This document shows positions 1 through 9,163 of a stretch of DNA of 64,000 nt, in pieces. Each line of letters starts with the position of its first letter. Positions within the stretch are counted from its first letter, which is position 1. The DNA is from an uncultured Victivallales bacterium. Its GTDB lineage: Bacteria; Verrucomicrobiota; Lentisphaeria; Victivallales; UBA1829. The DNA is taken from the NCBI GenBank assembly GCA_944390795.1, contig CALXRI010000001.1, forward strand, positions 221,979-285,978. Reading direction: 5' to 3'. The notes under the pieces are model-generated. The model was not told the DNA's origin. It saw only the letters and a list, made by a program, of their open reading frames with translations, and did no database searches. Position numbers and translations under genes: made by a program.

Positions 1-2685
1 CCCGCCGCAGATGCCGATCCCGTGGCAGACAATAAGAGTATGCCCTTTTCTGCAAAGTTTCCGCAGTATCAAATCCTTTTCCTTTTGCGTGAGTTTATGC
101 GCATTCAGGAAAATGCTCATCCGGTGTTCTTCCGGAACACGCGCCAGATCTGAAGTCAGATACATGTCGAATGCTGTACCGGAGCGTCCCAGCTGGCGGT
201 AGTTTTCCTCCAGAAGCATGGTAAACAGTCTGGATTCTCTTTCCATCCATGCGGAAGTCGCGGGCGCGGTATAAACGGCAATGGAATCCCGTTTTTTCCA
301 GTGTATGTGATCTTCCGCATGCGATTGTTCCATGGCACTGATTTTTTTCACCAGATCCAGAAGGCGCGGTTCTTCTGTGATCCAGCCTTTTCCAAAATCG
401 AACCAGCGCATTGTTGTCCGTCGTGCAAGCTGCATGCCGAATTCCCTTTCGAGGACCGCCGCGCTTCCTTTGTGCGTGGAGACTTTCTGCAATTTGCTGT
501 CTGCGCTGAATGGACGGATGTCGCACTCTGAAATAACGCCTTTCCCGTGCAACAGGATGGAACCTTCCGGAAACATGAATCCGCCGGCTCCGCCGATTTC
601 CCTTCCCGCATAACGGGAAGGGGCGACCAGAAAATCAATCCATTTTGATTGGAGAAGCATTGCCAGCTGATTGTGTCCGGCATCCTGATTCCGGCCGATT
701 CCGGTCAAATAGTTGCTGTATCCGTAATACGTGCCCGCCAGAATTTTTCCCCCGGAGGATTCTTTTACTGTCCTGCAGAGCTCGTCAATGATTTCCGCAA
801 TCAGAATGGAATTGCTGTCGATATGGTCCGCAAGATACTTGTTTCCCGGGAAGAAGAGGAAATCGCCTCCCTGTCGCGCATTCCTCTGATGAGGAGATGG
901 AATCCGGATTTCGGAGAAATCGGAGAAAGAGGTTCTCCATGCGTGATTGAGTTCAGAGAGACTGCCGGAATAGCGTTGGTGCATCAGCTGGATGAAGAAT
1001 TGCCGGAAGTGTTCGCTGTAATCCACCATCTCGCCACGTGCCGATCCCCAGTTCAACCATTCCCATGTGATTCCCGCACATGGGGTGATGCCGATGACTC
1101 GTTCTCCGCCCGGAATTGATTTCAAATGTTCGACCAGACTGCGGATGCAGTGTATACTTGCCTTGCGCCAGTTCCGGGAGGCCATGGATGCCGTTGCCTC
1201 CGGACTCTCGCGATAGTTCCGGATCCGATATTCCCCTGCCGCATTGCGTATTCCCTCCTCCGGATGGCGGGTTCTCCATTGCGGTCCCGGATCCGTGACG
1301 GACACGACCAGCATGAGATTGACCTGCGGATGCCGCAGAAGAATGGATTGAATCATCTCGTCAATTTCACGGAAGTCAATTGTTCCGTCGGGATGGAAAC
1401 GAAAGATAATCCGGAGACGGATCCCTTTGATTCCCGCTTGGACTGCATGGTCAACCTGACGGGAATAAACTGCCCGGTCGGAGTTTTCACCCAGCAGCAG
1501 CTCCATCGTATCAGCCTTTTCCGTCCCGTTGATTTGATAGTACGGCCGCAGCCTCTGCGTGTTCAGTGTGACTGAGGGAAGTGTGAAGGAAGTTTTTCTG
1601 ATATGAGTGAATGATTTGCTGTTTGTCCCGCATCTCACGCCATCCAGTTCCGCCTCAATTTGATAGTTCCCCGGAGTCAAATAACGCAATGAGATTTGCG
1701 GAAAACGGTAAACGGTGTTTTCCCTGCAAACCGGAACTTCCCCGATCTGCAGTTTCCGGTTCCCGTTGACCAGAAGCAACGCAAGCCTGCGCGGAGCTGC
1801 ATCCAGACCTTTTACAGAGACTTGCGGAACCCAGCTGATTGTCTCATCGGCAGCCGGAGGCGGTGCATTTTCTATTTCTACATGGACCGAATCGGGTTTC
1901 GGGGGATTCCGCAGCTCTTTCTGCGCGAGTTCCAGTGAAAAATCCGCTTTCTCCTTTGCTGGATTTCTGATCTGAAATTCGGCCTGGGACGCGTGCATGT
2001 CCCACGGAAGGCTGCCTGTTCCGGCAGATGGCATTTGCATGGTGTACTGTCCGCGTTTTTGACCCAGAATGTCAAAATACTGGATTCCAACCTGCAGCGG
2101 CACGGTGCTTTTTATTGTATAGGTGATCGGAGTGCTTCGGGGAAGATCGCATCGGGCCTGGACGGTTTGCTCCGGCTTTAACGAGATTGTTTCCTGCCAC
2201 TCTTCCAGAAGGACGGGATAGGGTGGGATCTTTTTCCATAGGAGTGTCATGGATGAAACCGCAATGGGTGATGACAATCCAGCAGTATTGAAATCGAAAC
2301 GGAGCCAGGCAATATTTCCTGTCCAGTTCCGATTGTCTCCGCAGAAAAATCGCAGCTTGCCGTTCCGGTATTCTCCGCGTACGGAAGAAGATTCCGCAAA
2401 GCGGCTGTTTTTATTTCTGAAATAGAGTTTGGATCCTGCCGGTTTGCCGCTCACAGTCAGTTCCACGAGATTGTATTTCCCGGCATCCAGATTCATTTCG
2501 GGTGAAAACAGACGATGGTATCTGGCATTTTTCGCTGTGACATATCCAATTCCTTTCTGAAATTGAATATCGCGGTTGGATGGAGATTTCCACTTTGAGT
2601 CAAGTTTACAGAAAAGAGAAGAGTCTGCATATGAAAGAGTGGGTATGCCTGTCAGCAGGAAGAACAGAGAAAGAGATATTTTCAT
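1..2685 (-). CDS. Secreted glycoside-hydrolase-like protein (GH42-like TIM barrel plus trimerisation-type domain); 3' end lies beyond the window
   Basis: Missing from the ORF track because it runs off the left edge. Hand translation of the minus strand from ATG 2685 gives MKISLSLFFLLTGIPTLSYA (signal peptide) and stays open for all 895 codons to base 1. No other minus-strand ORF is listed in this frame. The C-terminal part (IAVYTAP..FDMYLTSDL..MSIFLNAHKL..GHTLIVCHGIG) resembles the GH42 beta-galactosidase middle domain from memory, so the family call is tentative. Confidence 0.6.
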   Translation of the reverse strand, partial: MKISLSLFFLLTGIPTLSYADSSLFCKLDSKWKSPSNRDIQFQKGIGYVTAKNARYHRLFSPEMNLDAGKYNLVELTVSGKPAGSKLYFRNKNSRFAESSSVRGEYRNGKLRFFCGDNRNWTGNIAWLRFDFNTAGLSSPIAVSSMTLLWKKIPPYPVLLEEWQETISLKPEQTVQARCDLPRSTPITYTIKSTVPLQVGIQYFDILGQKRGQYTMQMPSAGTGSLPWDMHASQAEFQIRNPAKEKADFSLELAQKELRNPPKPDSVHVEIENAPPPAADETISWVPQVSVKGLDAAPRRLALLLVNGNRKLQIGEVPVCRENTVYRFPQISLRYLTPGNYQIEAELDGVRCGTNSKSFTHIRKTSFTLPSVTLNTQRLRPYYQINGTEKADTMELLLGENSDRAVYSRQVDHAVQAGIKGIRLRIIFRFHPDGTIDFREIDEMIQSILLRHPQVNLMLVVSVTDPGPQWRTRHPEEGIRNAAGEYRIRNYRESPEATASMASRNWRKASIHCIRSLVEHLKSIPGGERVIGITPCAGITWEWLNWGSARGEMVDYSEHFRQFFIQLMHQRYSGSLSELNHAWRTSFSDFSEIRIPSPHQRNARQGGDFLFFPGNKYLADHIDSNSILIAEIIDELCRTVKESSGGKILAGTYYGYSNYLTGIGRNQDAGHNQLAMLLQSKWIDFLVAPSRYAGREIGGAGGFMFPEGSILLHGKGVISECDIRPFSADSKLQKVSTHKGSAAVLEREFGMQLARRTTMRWFDFGKGWITEEPRLLDLVKKISAMEQSHAEDHIHWKKRDSIAVYTAPATSAWMERESRLFTMLLEENYRQLGRSGTAFDMYLTSDLARVPEEHRMSIFLNAHKLTQKEKDLILRKLCRKGHTLIVCHGIGICGG

Positions 2686-2710
2686 AAGAGAAGCCTTGCC
2701 GGTTCAAATT

Positions 2711-3475
2711 TCATTCGTTTGCACTGAGAAGACGGTTTTTTGATGCGGTTGTTAGCATGATGTTTGCCAGATCCTGTCCGGACAGTGTGCCAATATGACC
2801 GTCCAGATAAGCAATGGATGCGCGGCCTTTGCTGAGCGAATACAATCCGAATCCGCTTGAGGTTACTGTATAAGGTTCTTCCTTCTGTCCGGGATGTCTG
2901 GGTGCAAAACATACACCGTTGGACTGACCGTCGACAATTGTGACGCCGGAGCCTCGCCAGGAGCCGGAATTGTTGTATCGTGTATCGCAGAGAAAGAGTT
3001 TTTCACTGGTATGTTTGATACTTGTCAGCTTATGACGGTAACTGTGATTTACCTCGTCGCCGAGATTGATGTTCATGCCGTAGGTTGTGTACCGGTAACC
3101 TGTGCTGCTGTTGGGCTTTTCCACCGTTGAATTTCCGGATCCGATAAGCGAATAGGAATATTGTACATCAATTTCCGGACAGTATAAAATTCGGTTGTTG
3201 CGGTTGTAGTTAAAGCGATAAAGAAGATGTGCCCAGTAGGTTTCTGTCGTATCGCCGAAAACTGTTTTGGGCAGTCTTGCGGGAATAATCAAATCCTGAT
3301 AATCGCCTGTATACTGATACGCAAAGGAATGCAGCTGTTTCAGCTGATTGATGCAGGTGACCGTTCTGGCTTTCCCTTTCACCTGATTTAATGCGGGGAG
3401 AAGCAGACTTGCCAGAATCGCGATGATCGCAATCACAACAAGGAGCTCCACCAATGTGAAACATTGTTTTTTCAT
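2711..3475 (-). CDS. Prepilin-type N-terminal motif protein, H-X9-DG/DUF1559-like pseudopilin paralog (P1)
   Basis: N-terminus [29 protein letters not shown] (class III signal-like, E at +5). C-terminal motif SIAYLDGH. Lies 25 nt upstream of the secreted GH42-like gene. Confidence 0.85.
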   Translation of the reverse strand: MKKQCFTLVELLVVIAIIAILASLLLPALNQVKGKARTVTCINQLKQLHSFAYQYTGDYQDLIIPARLPKTVFGDTTETYWAHLLYRFNYNRNNRILYCPEIDVQYSYSLIGSGNSTVEKPNSSTGYRYTTYGMNINLGDEVNHSYRHKLTSIKHTSEKLFLCDTRYNNSGSWRGSGVTIVDGQSNGVCFAPRHPGQKEEPYTVTSSGFGLYSLSKGRASIAYLDGHIGTLSGQDLANIMLTTASKNRLLSANE

Positions 3476-3543
3476 GGAAAAATCCTTTCTCGGTTTCCGG
3501 TTTCCATCGGGTATTAATTATAAAGAAAAAAAAGAAAAAAACC

Positions 3544-3572
3544 TTGAATATTGTATCAAAAATAATTATATT
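3544..3572 (+). promoter_or_regulatory. Sigma70-type promoter for the AraC-family gene
   Basis: TTGAAT - 17 nt - TATATT in a very AT-rich 133-bp divergent intergenic region, about 35 nt before ATG 3609. Confidence 0.5.
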
Positions 3573-3608
3573 TGTATTGAATTTTAATAGAATAGAAAAA
3601 ATGTTGAT

Positions 3609-4493
3609 ATGAAAAAAGAAATTCCGGCATTGTTGTATTTTTATCCGAAGGAACGATATATCACGCCTTACGGCATGCCGTTCCGACTGATGCTCTACTC
3701 CCAGTCCGAGGGGCAGCGCCATTACCATGATTTCGACGAGCTCGTGATCGTTCTCGGCGGCAATGCGGTCCATAAAACCGAGGAGCGGGATTATCCCATT
3801 TCCATCGGAGACGTTTTCCTCATCAAAAAAAATAAAATCCATTGCTACACGCAGACGGGAAATCTGAAACTGGCAAATATCATGTTCGATTTCGGCACGC
3901 TCAATGCGGACTGGGAAAAACTGCGTGAAATTCCCGGATATACCGCGCTTTTCGAGATGGAGCCGGAATTGCGCGAACGGAGCCGCTTTCAATGCAAGCA
4001 TACCCTGAATGCCGCCCAGCTTGACGAGGTTTCCACCCTGCTCCGGAAAATCCTCCGCGAGGAAACGGAAAGGCCGCCCGGATGGATCATGATGGCGCGG
4101 ACGCTTCTGCTGGAACTTCTGGTTGTGCTGGCACGCAGTTACAGCTCCGCATCAAAGATCCAGTCGCGGAAAATGATCCGTCTGACCCGGATGATGCAGT
4201 TCATCGAACAGAATTATGCCAGGGATGTCACCCGTGACCGGATTATGCGCGAAGGCATGACCTCCAATGCCGTCGGAACCAGGATCTTCCGGGAACTGCT
4301 GGGAAAGACCCCGGTCGAGTACCTGATTCATATCCGGATTCAGCATGCCGCGGAACTGCTGAAGAATACGGACAAAAGTGTTTCCGACATCGCTTACGAA
4401 TGCGGATTCCGCGACAGCAACTATTTTTCCATGCAGTTCCGGAAAATCACCGGTCTTCCCCCGCGCGAATTTGCAAAGAGAAACCGCGCCTGA
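3609..4493 (+). CDS. AraC-family transcriptional regulator (cupin sensor + HTH)
   Basis: Cupin-like N-terminus (HYHDFDELVIVLGG) and a C-terminal AraC HTH (IAYECGFRDSNYFSMQFRKITGLPPREF). Confidence 0.9.
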   Translation: MKKEIPALLYFYPKERYITPYGMPFRLMLYSQSEGQRHYHDFDELVIVLGGNAVHKTEERDYPISIGDVFLIKKNKIHCYTQTGNLKLANIMFDFGTLNADWEKLREIPGYTALFEMEPELRERSRFQCKHTLNAAQLDEVSTLLRKILREETERPPGWIMMARTLLLELLVVLARSYSSASKIQSRKMIRLTRMMQFIEQNYARDVTRDRIMREGMTSNAVGTRIFRELLGKTPVEYLIHIRIQHAAELLKNTDKSVSDIAYECGFRDSNYFSMQFRKITGLPPREFAKRNRA

Positions 4494-4558
4494 TCCCGCA
4501 CCCGCGGCAATTCCGGAAGGAGATTTCTGAAATTCATCAAATATTTTCGCTCTTTGCC

Positions 4559-4586
4559 GTGACAAGACGCCATGACATGCTATATT
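4559..4586 (+). promoter_or_regulatory. Putative extended -10 promoter
   Basis: GTGACA - 16 nt - TATATT, with TGC immediately 5' of the -10 element, about 58 nt before ATG 4645. Confidence 0.4.
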
Positions 4587-4644
4587 AGCGCAGAAAAGGT
4601 CTTTTTACATGGTTCAGACAGGATGAAGAAAGTGAGGTCTTTTT

Positions 4645-6447
4645 ATGAGAACGGTCTGCGAACAGAAAACGCTTGAACTTGCCCACAGCGAACTGACGAA
4701 GTTCAACGGTTATGCCAAATTGAACCTGGATCCTTCACTTCCGTCTTTTGAAATCCGGTGCACCAGCGGGGCGGTCATGATTTCCGGACCGACCGCCGTC
4801 GATGTGCTTTACGGCGTATATGACTTTGCCGAGCGCTATCTCGGTTACTGTTTCTTTGAACCGGGGCGCGACCGTTTCAATGAGGAAAACGTGGTGTTCC
4901 CGCTTCCGGAAGGGATTCTGGTCAAGGCGCATGCGCCGCTGATGAAGAACCGCGGTTTCGTTCAGGAGTTTCCGTTTGACGCGGACACTCCGGCTCTGTT
5001 CGACTGGATGGCGAAAAACAAACTCAACTATCTCCAGACCTGGATGCAGTATTATGACGGACTGACGCCGGAGCTCAAGGAGATGGCGCAGATCCGCGGC
5101 ATCACGATTGAAAGCGGCCATCACAGTTTCAATTACTGGATTCCCGGCACAAAATATGCAAAAACACATCCTGAATTTTTTGCCGAGATCAACGGAAAAC
5201 GCATCCGGCCCGGTTCCGGAAGAGGCGCATTGCTCCTGAGCGAGCAGCTCTGCACCACGAATCCGGCGCTCCGCAGGGAAATGGTCAAAAATATTCTTGC
5301 CTACTGCAAAAAGAACCCCGAAATCAAAAGCGTTGCCGTGATTCCGAACGACGGCTTCGGATGGTGCGAATGCGAAAGCTGCGCCGCGCTCTGCGATAAA
5401 AGCAGAAAAGGCGATCTTTACAGCGTCTCCGAGCATGTGTGCAAAGCGAATGGAATTTATCACGACCTGGTGCGCTATGTCGCGGACCAGGTTCACAAGA
5501 CGCGTCCCGACATTGATGTCGCCTTCTGCGCTTACGTGAACTACTGCACCCCTTCCGACGGGTTCTCGCTGGACAAGGGCATGATCCTGCACTTCGCCCC
5601 CTACTGGCGCTGCGTCAACCATACGATCGATGACATCGAGTGTCCGATCAATTCCCGCTATGCAAAGGATATCTGCGACTGGGCGGCGGTCAAGAACGGC
5701 GGGACCTTCAATATTTACGAGTACTATATGGGGGTCAATCTCTATGTTTCGCTGCCGATGGTGCATTTTCATGAGCTTTTTTATGAAATGCGATGGTACG
5801 CCGATCACAAGGTCGACGGCGTCCTGACGCAGTTCCACATTTCGCACTGGACCGCCTACGGTGTCAACTACTATCTGATGGCCAGGGCGGCCTTCGGCGA
5901 GGATGAACATGAATCCGTGAACAATCTGCTTCAGAAACTGTTCGGGAAGGATGCCGCGATCGCCGTCCGTTTCTACGGCAAACTCAAGAAGCTGATCCGC
6001 AGCGCCGGACATTGCCACATTCCGTATCCCTACTCGCTCCTGAGCCGCACGACACCGGAATCCTACGAGACGGTGCACTCGCTTGCGCTTGAGCTCGCGG
6101 AAAAGGCGCCGGAGGATCCCTTCCGCAGGGAACTGGTGCTCTGGACGGATTATCTCCGCCGTTTCAAAAAGCTCTTTGACGACTACCGCAAAGGCGAAGC
6201 CGGCGTGCGCGAGGTGGAAGCCTTCCGCACGTGGATTCACTCCCACGCGGATACGCGCATTTTCGTTCATCAGAAAATCGACATGCTGCTGGATGCATGG
6301 GTTGCCGCGATCAGGGCGAAAAAGGAGTGGCTCCACTTCAACCTCGACTGGGAGGACGAATACATCCGCAGACACCGCGATCTGCTCGGTGTGAGTCTGG
6401 ATTTCTATTCTCTTCCGCTTCCGCCGGTCCGCTACACGCGTCCGTAA
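4645..6447 (+). CDS. DUF4838-like glycoside-hydrolase-like protein, no signal peptide
   Basis: 600-aa ORF with RBS AAGTGAGG. Motifs YGVYDFAERYLGYCFFEPG and NDGFGWCECESCAAL match my memory of the DUF4838 family. Function unknown. Confidence 0.65.
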   Translation: MRTVCEQKTLELAHSELTKFNGYAKLNLDPSLPSFEIRCTSGAVMISGPTAVDVLYGVYDFAERYLGYCFFEPGRDRFNEENVVFPLPEGILVKAHAPLMKNRGFVQEFPFDADTPALFDWMAKNKLNYLQTWMQYYDGLTPELKEMAQIRGITIESGHHSFNYWIPGTKYAKTHPEFFAEINGKRIRPGSGRGALLLSEQLCTTNPALRREMVKNILAYCKKNPEIKSVAVIPNDGFGWCECESCAALCDKSRKGDLYSVSEHVCKANGIYHDLVRYVADQVHKTRPDIDVAFCAYVNYCTPSDGFSLDKGMILHFAPYWRCVNHTIDDIECPINSRYAKDICDWAAVKNGGTFNIYEYYMGVNLYVSLPMVHFHELFYEMRWYADHKVDGVLTQFHISHWTAYGVNYYLMARAAFGEDEHESVNNLLQKLFGKDAAIAVRFYGKLKKLIRSAGHCHIPYPYSLLSRTTPESYETVHSLALELAEKAPEDPFRRELVLWTDYLRRFKKLFDDYRKGEAGVREVEAFRTWIHSHADTRIFVHQKIDMLLDAWVAAIRAKKEWLHFNLDWEDEYIRRHRDLLGVSLDFYSLPLPPVRYTRP

Positions 6448-6549
6448 CGGACATGCCGTCCGGCGTTCTGTCCGATGCCGGTCCGCAGGGGAGGCGCATG
6501 CTGTTTTCCGCGCGGAGACCCTTTTGTTCCCGGATTTCCGCGTCCAGCC

Positions 6550-6578
6550 TTGAAAAAAACGGTTTCCCGCAGTATAGT
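6550..6578 (+). promoter_or_regulatory. Sigma70-type promoter
   Basis: TTGAAA - 17 nt - TATAGT, 44 nt upstream of ATG 6622. Confidence 0.55.
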
Positions 6579-6621
6579 ATCCGGTTTCACTGAAATCGCT
6601 CATGAGTCGGGAGGTAAATCT

Positions 6622-7938
6622 ATGAAAGCTGCATTGCAGAATGTATCGGAGCCGAACCTGTTCAGGGATATTTTTTCCTATGACCGGATTCCCGGCATCA
6701 GACTTGGCAACGAAACCGTGCCCATGCGCCTCCCGGAGAAAATCTGGATCACGGACACCACGTTCCGCGACGGACAGCAGTCCCGGCCGCCTTATACCGT
6801 GAAGCAGATTGTCCGGATTTTCGAGTTCATGCACAGGATCAGCGGAAAACACGGCCTGATCCGTCAGAGCGAATTTTTCCTTTACAGTCCGAACGACCGC
6901 GCCGCCGTCGAGGCCTGCATGGAGCTGGGCTACGAGTTTCCGGAAGTCACGGCATGGATCCGCGCCGCGAAAACCGATTTCGAACTGGTGAAATCCTTCG
7001 GACTCAAGGAGACCGGGATTCTCACGTCCTGTTCCGACTACCATATCTTTCTGAAGCTCAAGAAAAACCGCAGGCAGACGCTCGACTCCTACAAGGATAT
7101 TGTCGGCGCCGCGCTGGAACACGGCATCCGTCCCCGCTGCCATCTGGAGGATCTCACGCGCGCCGATCTGTACGGATTCGTTCTGCCGATGATCAACGAA
7201 CTGAACGAGCTCTGCAGCGGCAGCGGCAAGACGGTCAAAATCCGTCTCTGCGACACGATGGGATACGGTCTTCCGTTCCCGAACGCCGAGCCGCCGCGCG
7301 GAATTCCCGCGGTCATCAAGGCGATTCTTGACGAGACGGACACAAAGTCCGAGGACCTCGAGTGGCACGGACACAACGACTTCCACAAGGTTCTGGCGAA
7401 CGGCGTCTGCGCCTGGCTTTACGGCTGTTCCGCCGTCAACGGCACCTTCCTCGGTTTCGGGGAACGCACCGGGAATCCACCGGTGGAGGGGCTGGTTTTC
7501 GACTGGATGGGAATCACGGGAATTCACGACGGCATCGACACGACCGCCATCACCGACATGGCGGAGTTCTTCCGCAGGGAAATCAACTATCCCATTCCCG
7601 CGAATTATCCGTTCGTCGGGACCGACTTCAACACCACGCGGGCCGGAATCCATGCCGACGGCCTGACGAAAAACGAGGAGATCTACAATATCTTCGATAC
7701 GGAAAAGTATCTGAAGCGTCCCTGCAAGGTTGCGATTTCCAACACCTCCGGCCTGGCGGGCGTCGCCTACTGGATCCAGTCGAACATTCCGAAGGGAATC
7801 GACATCCGCAAGGACAATCCCGGAATCGTCACCATCAAGAACTGGATCGACGAGGAATACAGAAAGGGAAGAACCACCACGATCAGCGAGGAGGAGATGC
7901 TCCGGCTCGTGAAGGAGCATATGCCGGAACTGTTCTGA
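6622..7938 (+). CDS. HMGL/DRE-TIM acyl-CoA:2-oxoacid condensing enzyme, homocitrate/Re-citrate synthase-like
   Basis: WITDTTFRDGQQS near the N-terminus and HGHNDFHKVLANGV..GFGERTGN (metal-binding HxH of the IPMS/homocitrate synthase fold). About 438 aa, no LeuA regulatory domain. Start moved to ATG 6622 (RBS GGGAGG) from the track start at 6475. Confidence 0.7.
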   Translation: MKAALQNVSEPNLFRDIFSYDRIPGIRLGNETVPMRLPEKIWITDTTFRDGQQSRPPYTVKQIVRIFEFMHRISGKHGLIRQSEFFLYSPNDRAAVEACMELGYEFPEVTAWIRAAKTDFELVKSFGLKETGILTSCSDYHIFLKLKKNRRQTLDSYKDIVGAALEHGIRPRCHLEDLTRADLYGFVLPMINELNELCSGSGKTVKIRLCDTMGYGLPFPNAEPPRGIPAVIKAILDETDTKSEDLEWHGHNDFHKVLANGVCAWLYGCSAVNGTFLGFGERTGNPPVEGLVFDWMGITGIHDGIDTTAITDMAEFFRREINYPIPANYPFVGTDFNTTRAGIHADGLTKNEEIYNIFDTEKYLKRPCKVAISNTSGLAGVAYWIQSNIPKGIDIRKDNPGIVTIKNWIDEEYRKGRTTTISEEEMLRLVKEHMPELF

Positions 7939-7995
7939 CGGACGCAATGCCGCCGCCGGACGGTGCCGGCCCGGAAAACGGGATCAGCGGCCGCC

Positions 7996-9156
7996 ATGAT
8001 AAGGGAACTGGAAGATCAGCATAATCTCGAGAAAAACGAGCTGGCGCCTTATGCCACGCACAACATCGGCACGCGCGGAAGGCGTTATGCGGAGAAGGTT
8101 CATCCGTTCCGCACGGATTTCCAGCGCGACCGCGACCGGATTCTGCACAGTCATGCGTTCCGCCGCCTGGAGTACAAGACGCAGGTGTTTCTGAGCGGGC
8201 GCGGCGATCACTACCGGACACGCCTCACGCATACGATTGAAGTCGCCGCGATTGCGCGCACCATCGCCAGAAGTCTCAATCTCAACGAGGATCTCACCGA
8301 AACGATTTCCCTGGCGCATGACCTCGGGCATACTCCGTTCGGGCATGCGGGGGAGCGTGCGCTGCACCGGATCATGTATGACTATGGCGGATTCGATCAC
8401 AACCTCCAGGCGCTCCGGATTGTCGATGAACTGGAGATCAAATATCCTGAATATGATGGAATCAACCTGACCTGGGAGGTGCGTGCCGGACTTATCAAAC
8501 ACCGGATTGACTACGCCGGAAAACGCGCCGAACTTGACGGCTGCGTTCTTCCGTGCATGCCTTCGCTGGAGGCGCAGGTGGCCGACGTTGCGGACGACCT
8601 GACCTATTACGGTCACGACGTGGACGACGGGCTGGATTCCGGGCTGATCACTCCGGAGATGATGGAGGAAGTTGAACTCTGGCGGATGGTTTCGGCGAAG
8701 GCCGCCGCGCTCGGGCTCAAAAAAGGCGAAGAGCGTTTTGCAGCGTTTTCGGTGCGCTGCCTGATTGATGCCATGGTCGGGGATGTGATCCGCAGCTCCA
8801 ATGCGAAGATTGAACGTCTGGCGCCGGAATCGGCGGAGGAGGTCGGAAATCTGAAAGAGAAACTCATCTCGTTCAGCGACCGTTTCGAGTCGCTGACGAA
8901 GGAGCTTCGCGATTTTCTCTATCACAACCTTTATTTCCATCCTGAGCTGAAAAAGCTCAACGAACTCTCTTTCAACCGGATGGATCACATGTTCCGGATC
9001 TATCTGGAACACCCGGAGTTCATGGGGGAAACCGCACAGTCCCGCATTGGAAAAGACGGGGTGGCCCGCGCCGCTGCGGATTACATTGCCGGCATGACGG
9101 ACCGGTTCGCGGAAAATGAATACCGGCGTCTGACCGGGGAACGGCGGGAAGGGTGA
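7996..9156 (+). CDS. dgt: dGTP triphosphohydrolase-like HD-domain protein
   Basis: LAPYA..FQRDRDRILHSHAFRRLEYKTQVF..RTRLTHTIEVA..LAHDLGHTPFGH. The start could also be GTG 7963. Confidence 0.85.
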   Translation: MIRELEDQHNLEKNELAPYATHNIGTRGRRYAEKVHPFRTDFQRDRDRILHSHAFRRLEYKTQVFLSGRGDHYRTRLTHTIEVAAIARTIARSLNLNEDLTETISLAHDLGHTPFGHAGERALHRIMYDYGGFDHNLQALRIVDELEIKYPEYDGINLTWEVRAGLIKHRIDYAGKRAELDGCVLPCMPSLEAQVADVADDLTYYGHDVDDGLDSGLITPEMMEEVELWRMVSAKAAALGLKKGEERFAAFSVRCLIDAMVGDVIRSSNAKIERLAPESAEEVGNLKEKLISFSDRFESLTKELRDFLYHNLYFHPELKKLNELSFNRMDHMFRIYLEHPEFMGETAQSRIGKDGVARAAADYIAGMTDRFAENEYRRLTGERREG

Positions 9157-9163
9157 ATTCCGA

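Noticed and set aside
4735-7947. 1070-aa minus-strand ORF spanning two plus-strand genes and their intergenic region
   Set aside because: It lies exactly antisense to two genes with clear family motifs (the DUF4838-like and HMGL-like genes). Its translation is R/G/A/V/D-rich with no motif, RBS or signal. Stop-free antisense frames are expected in GC-rich coding DNA.
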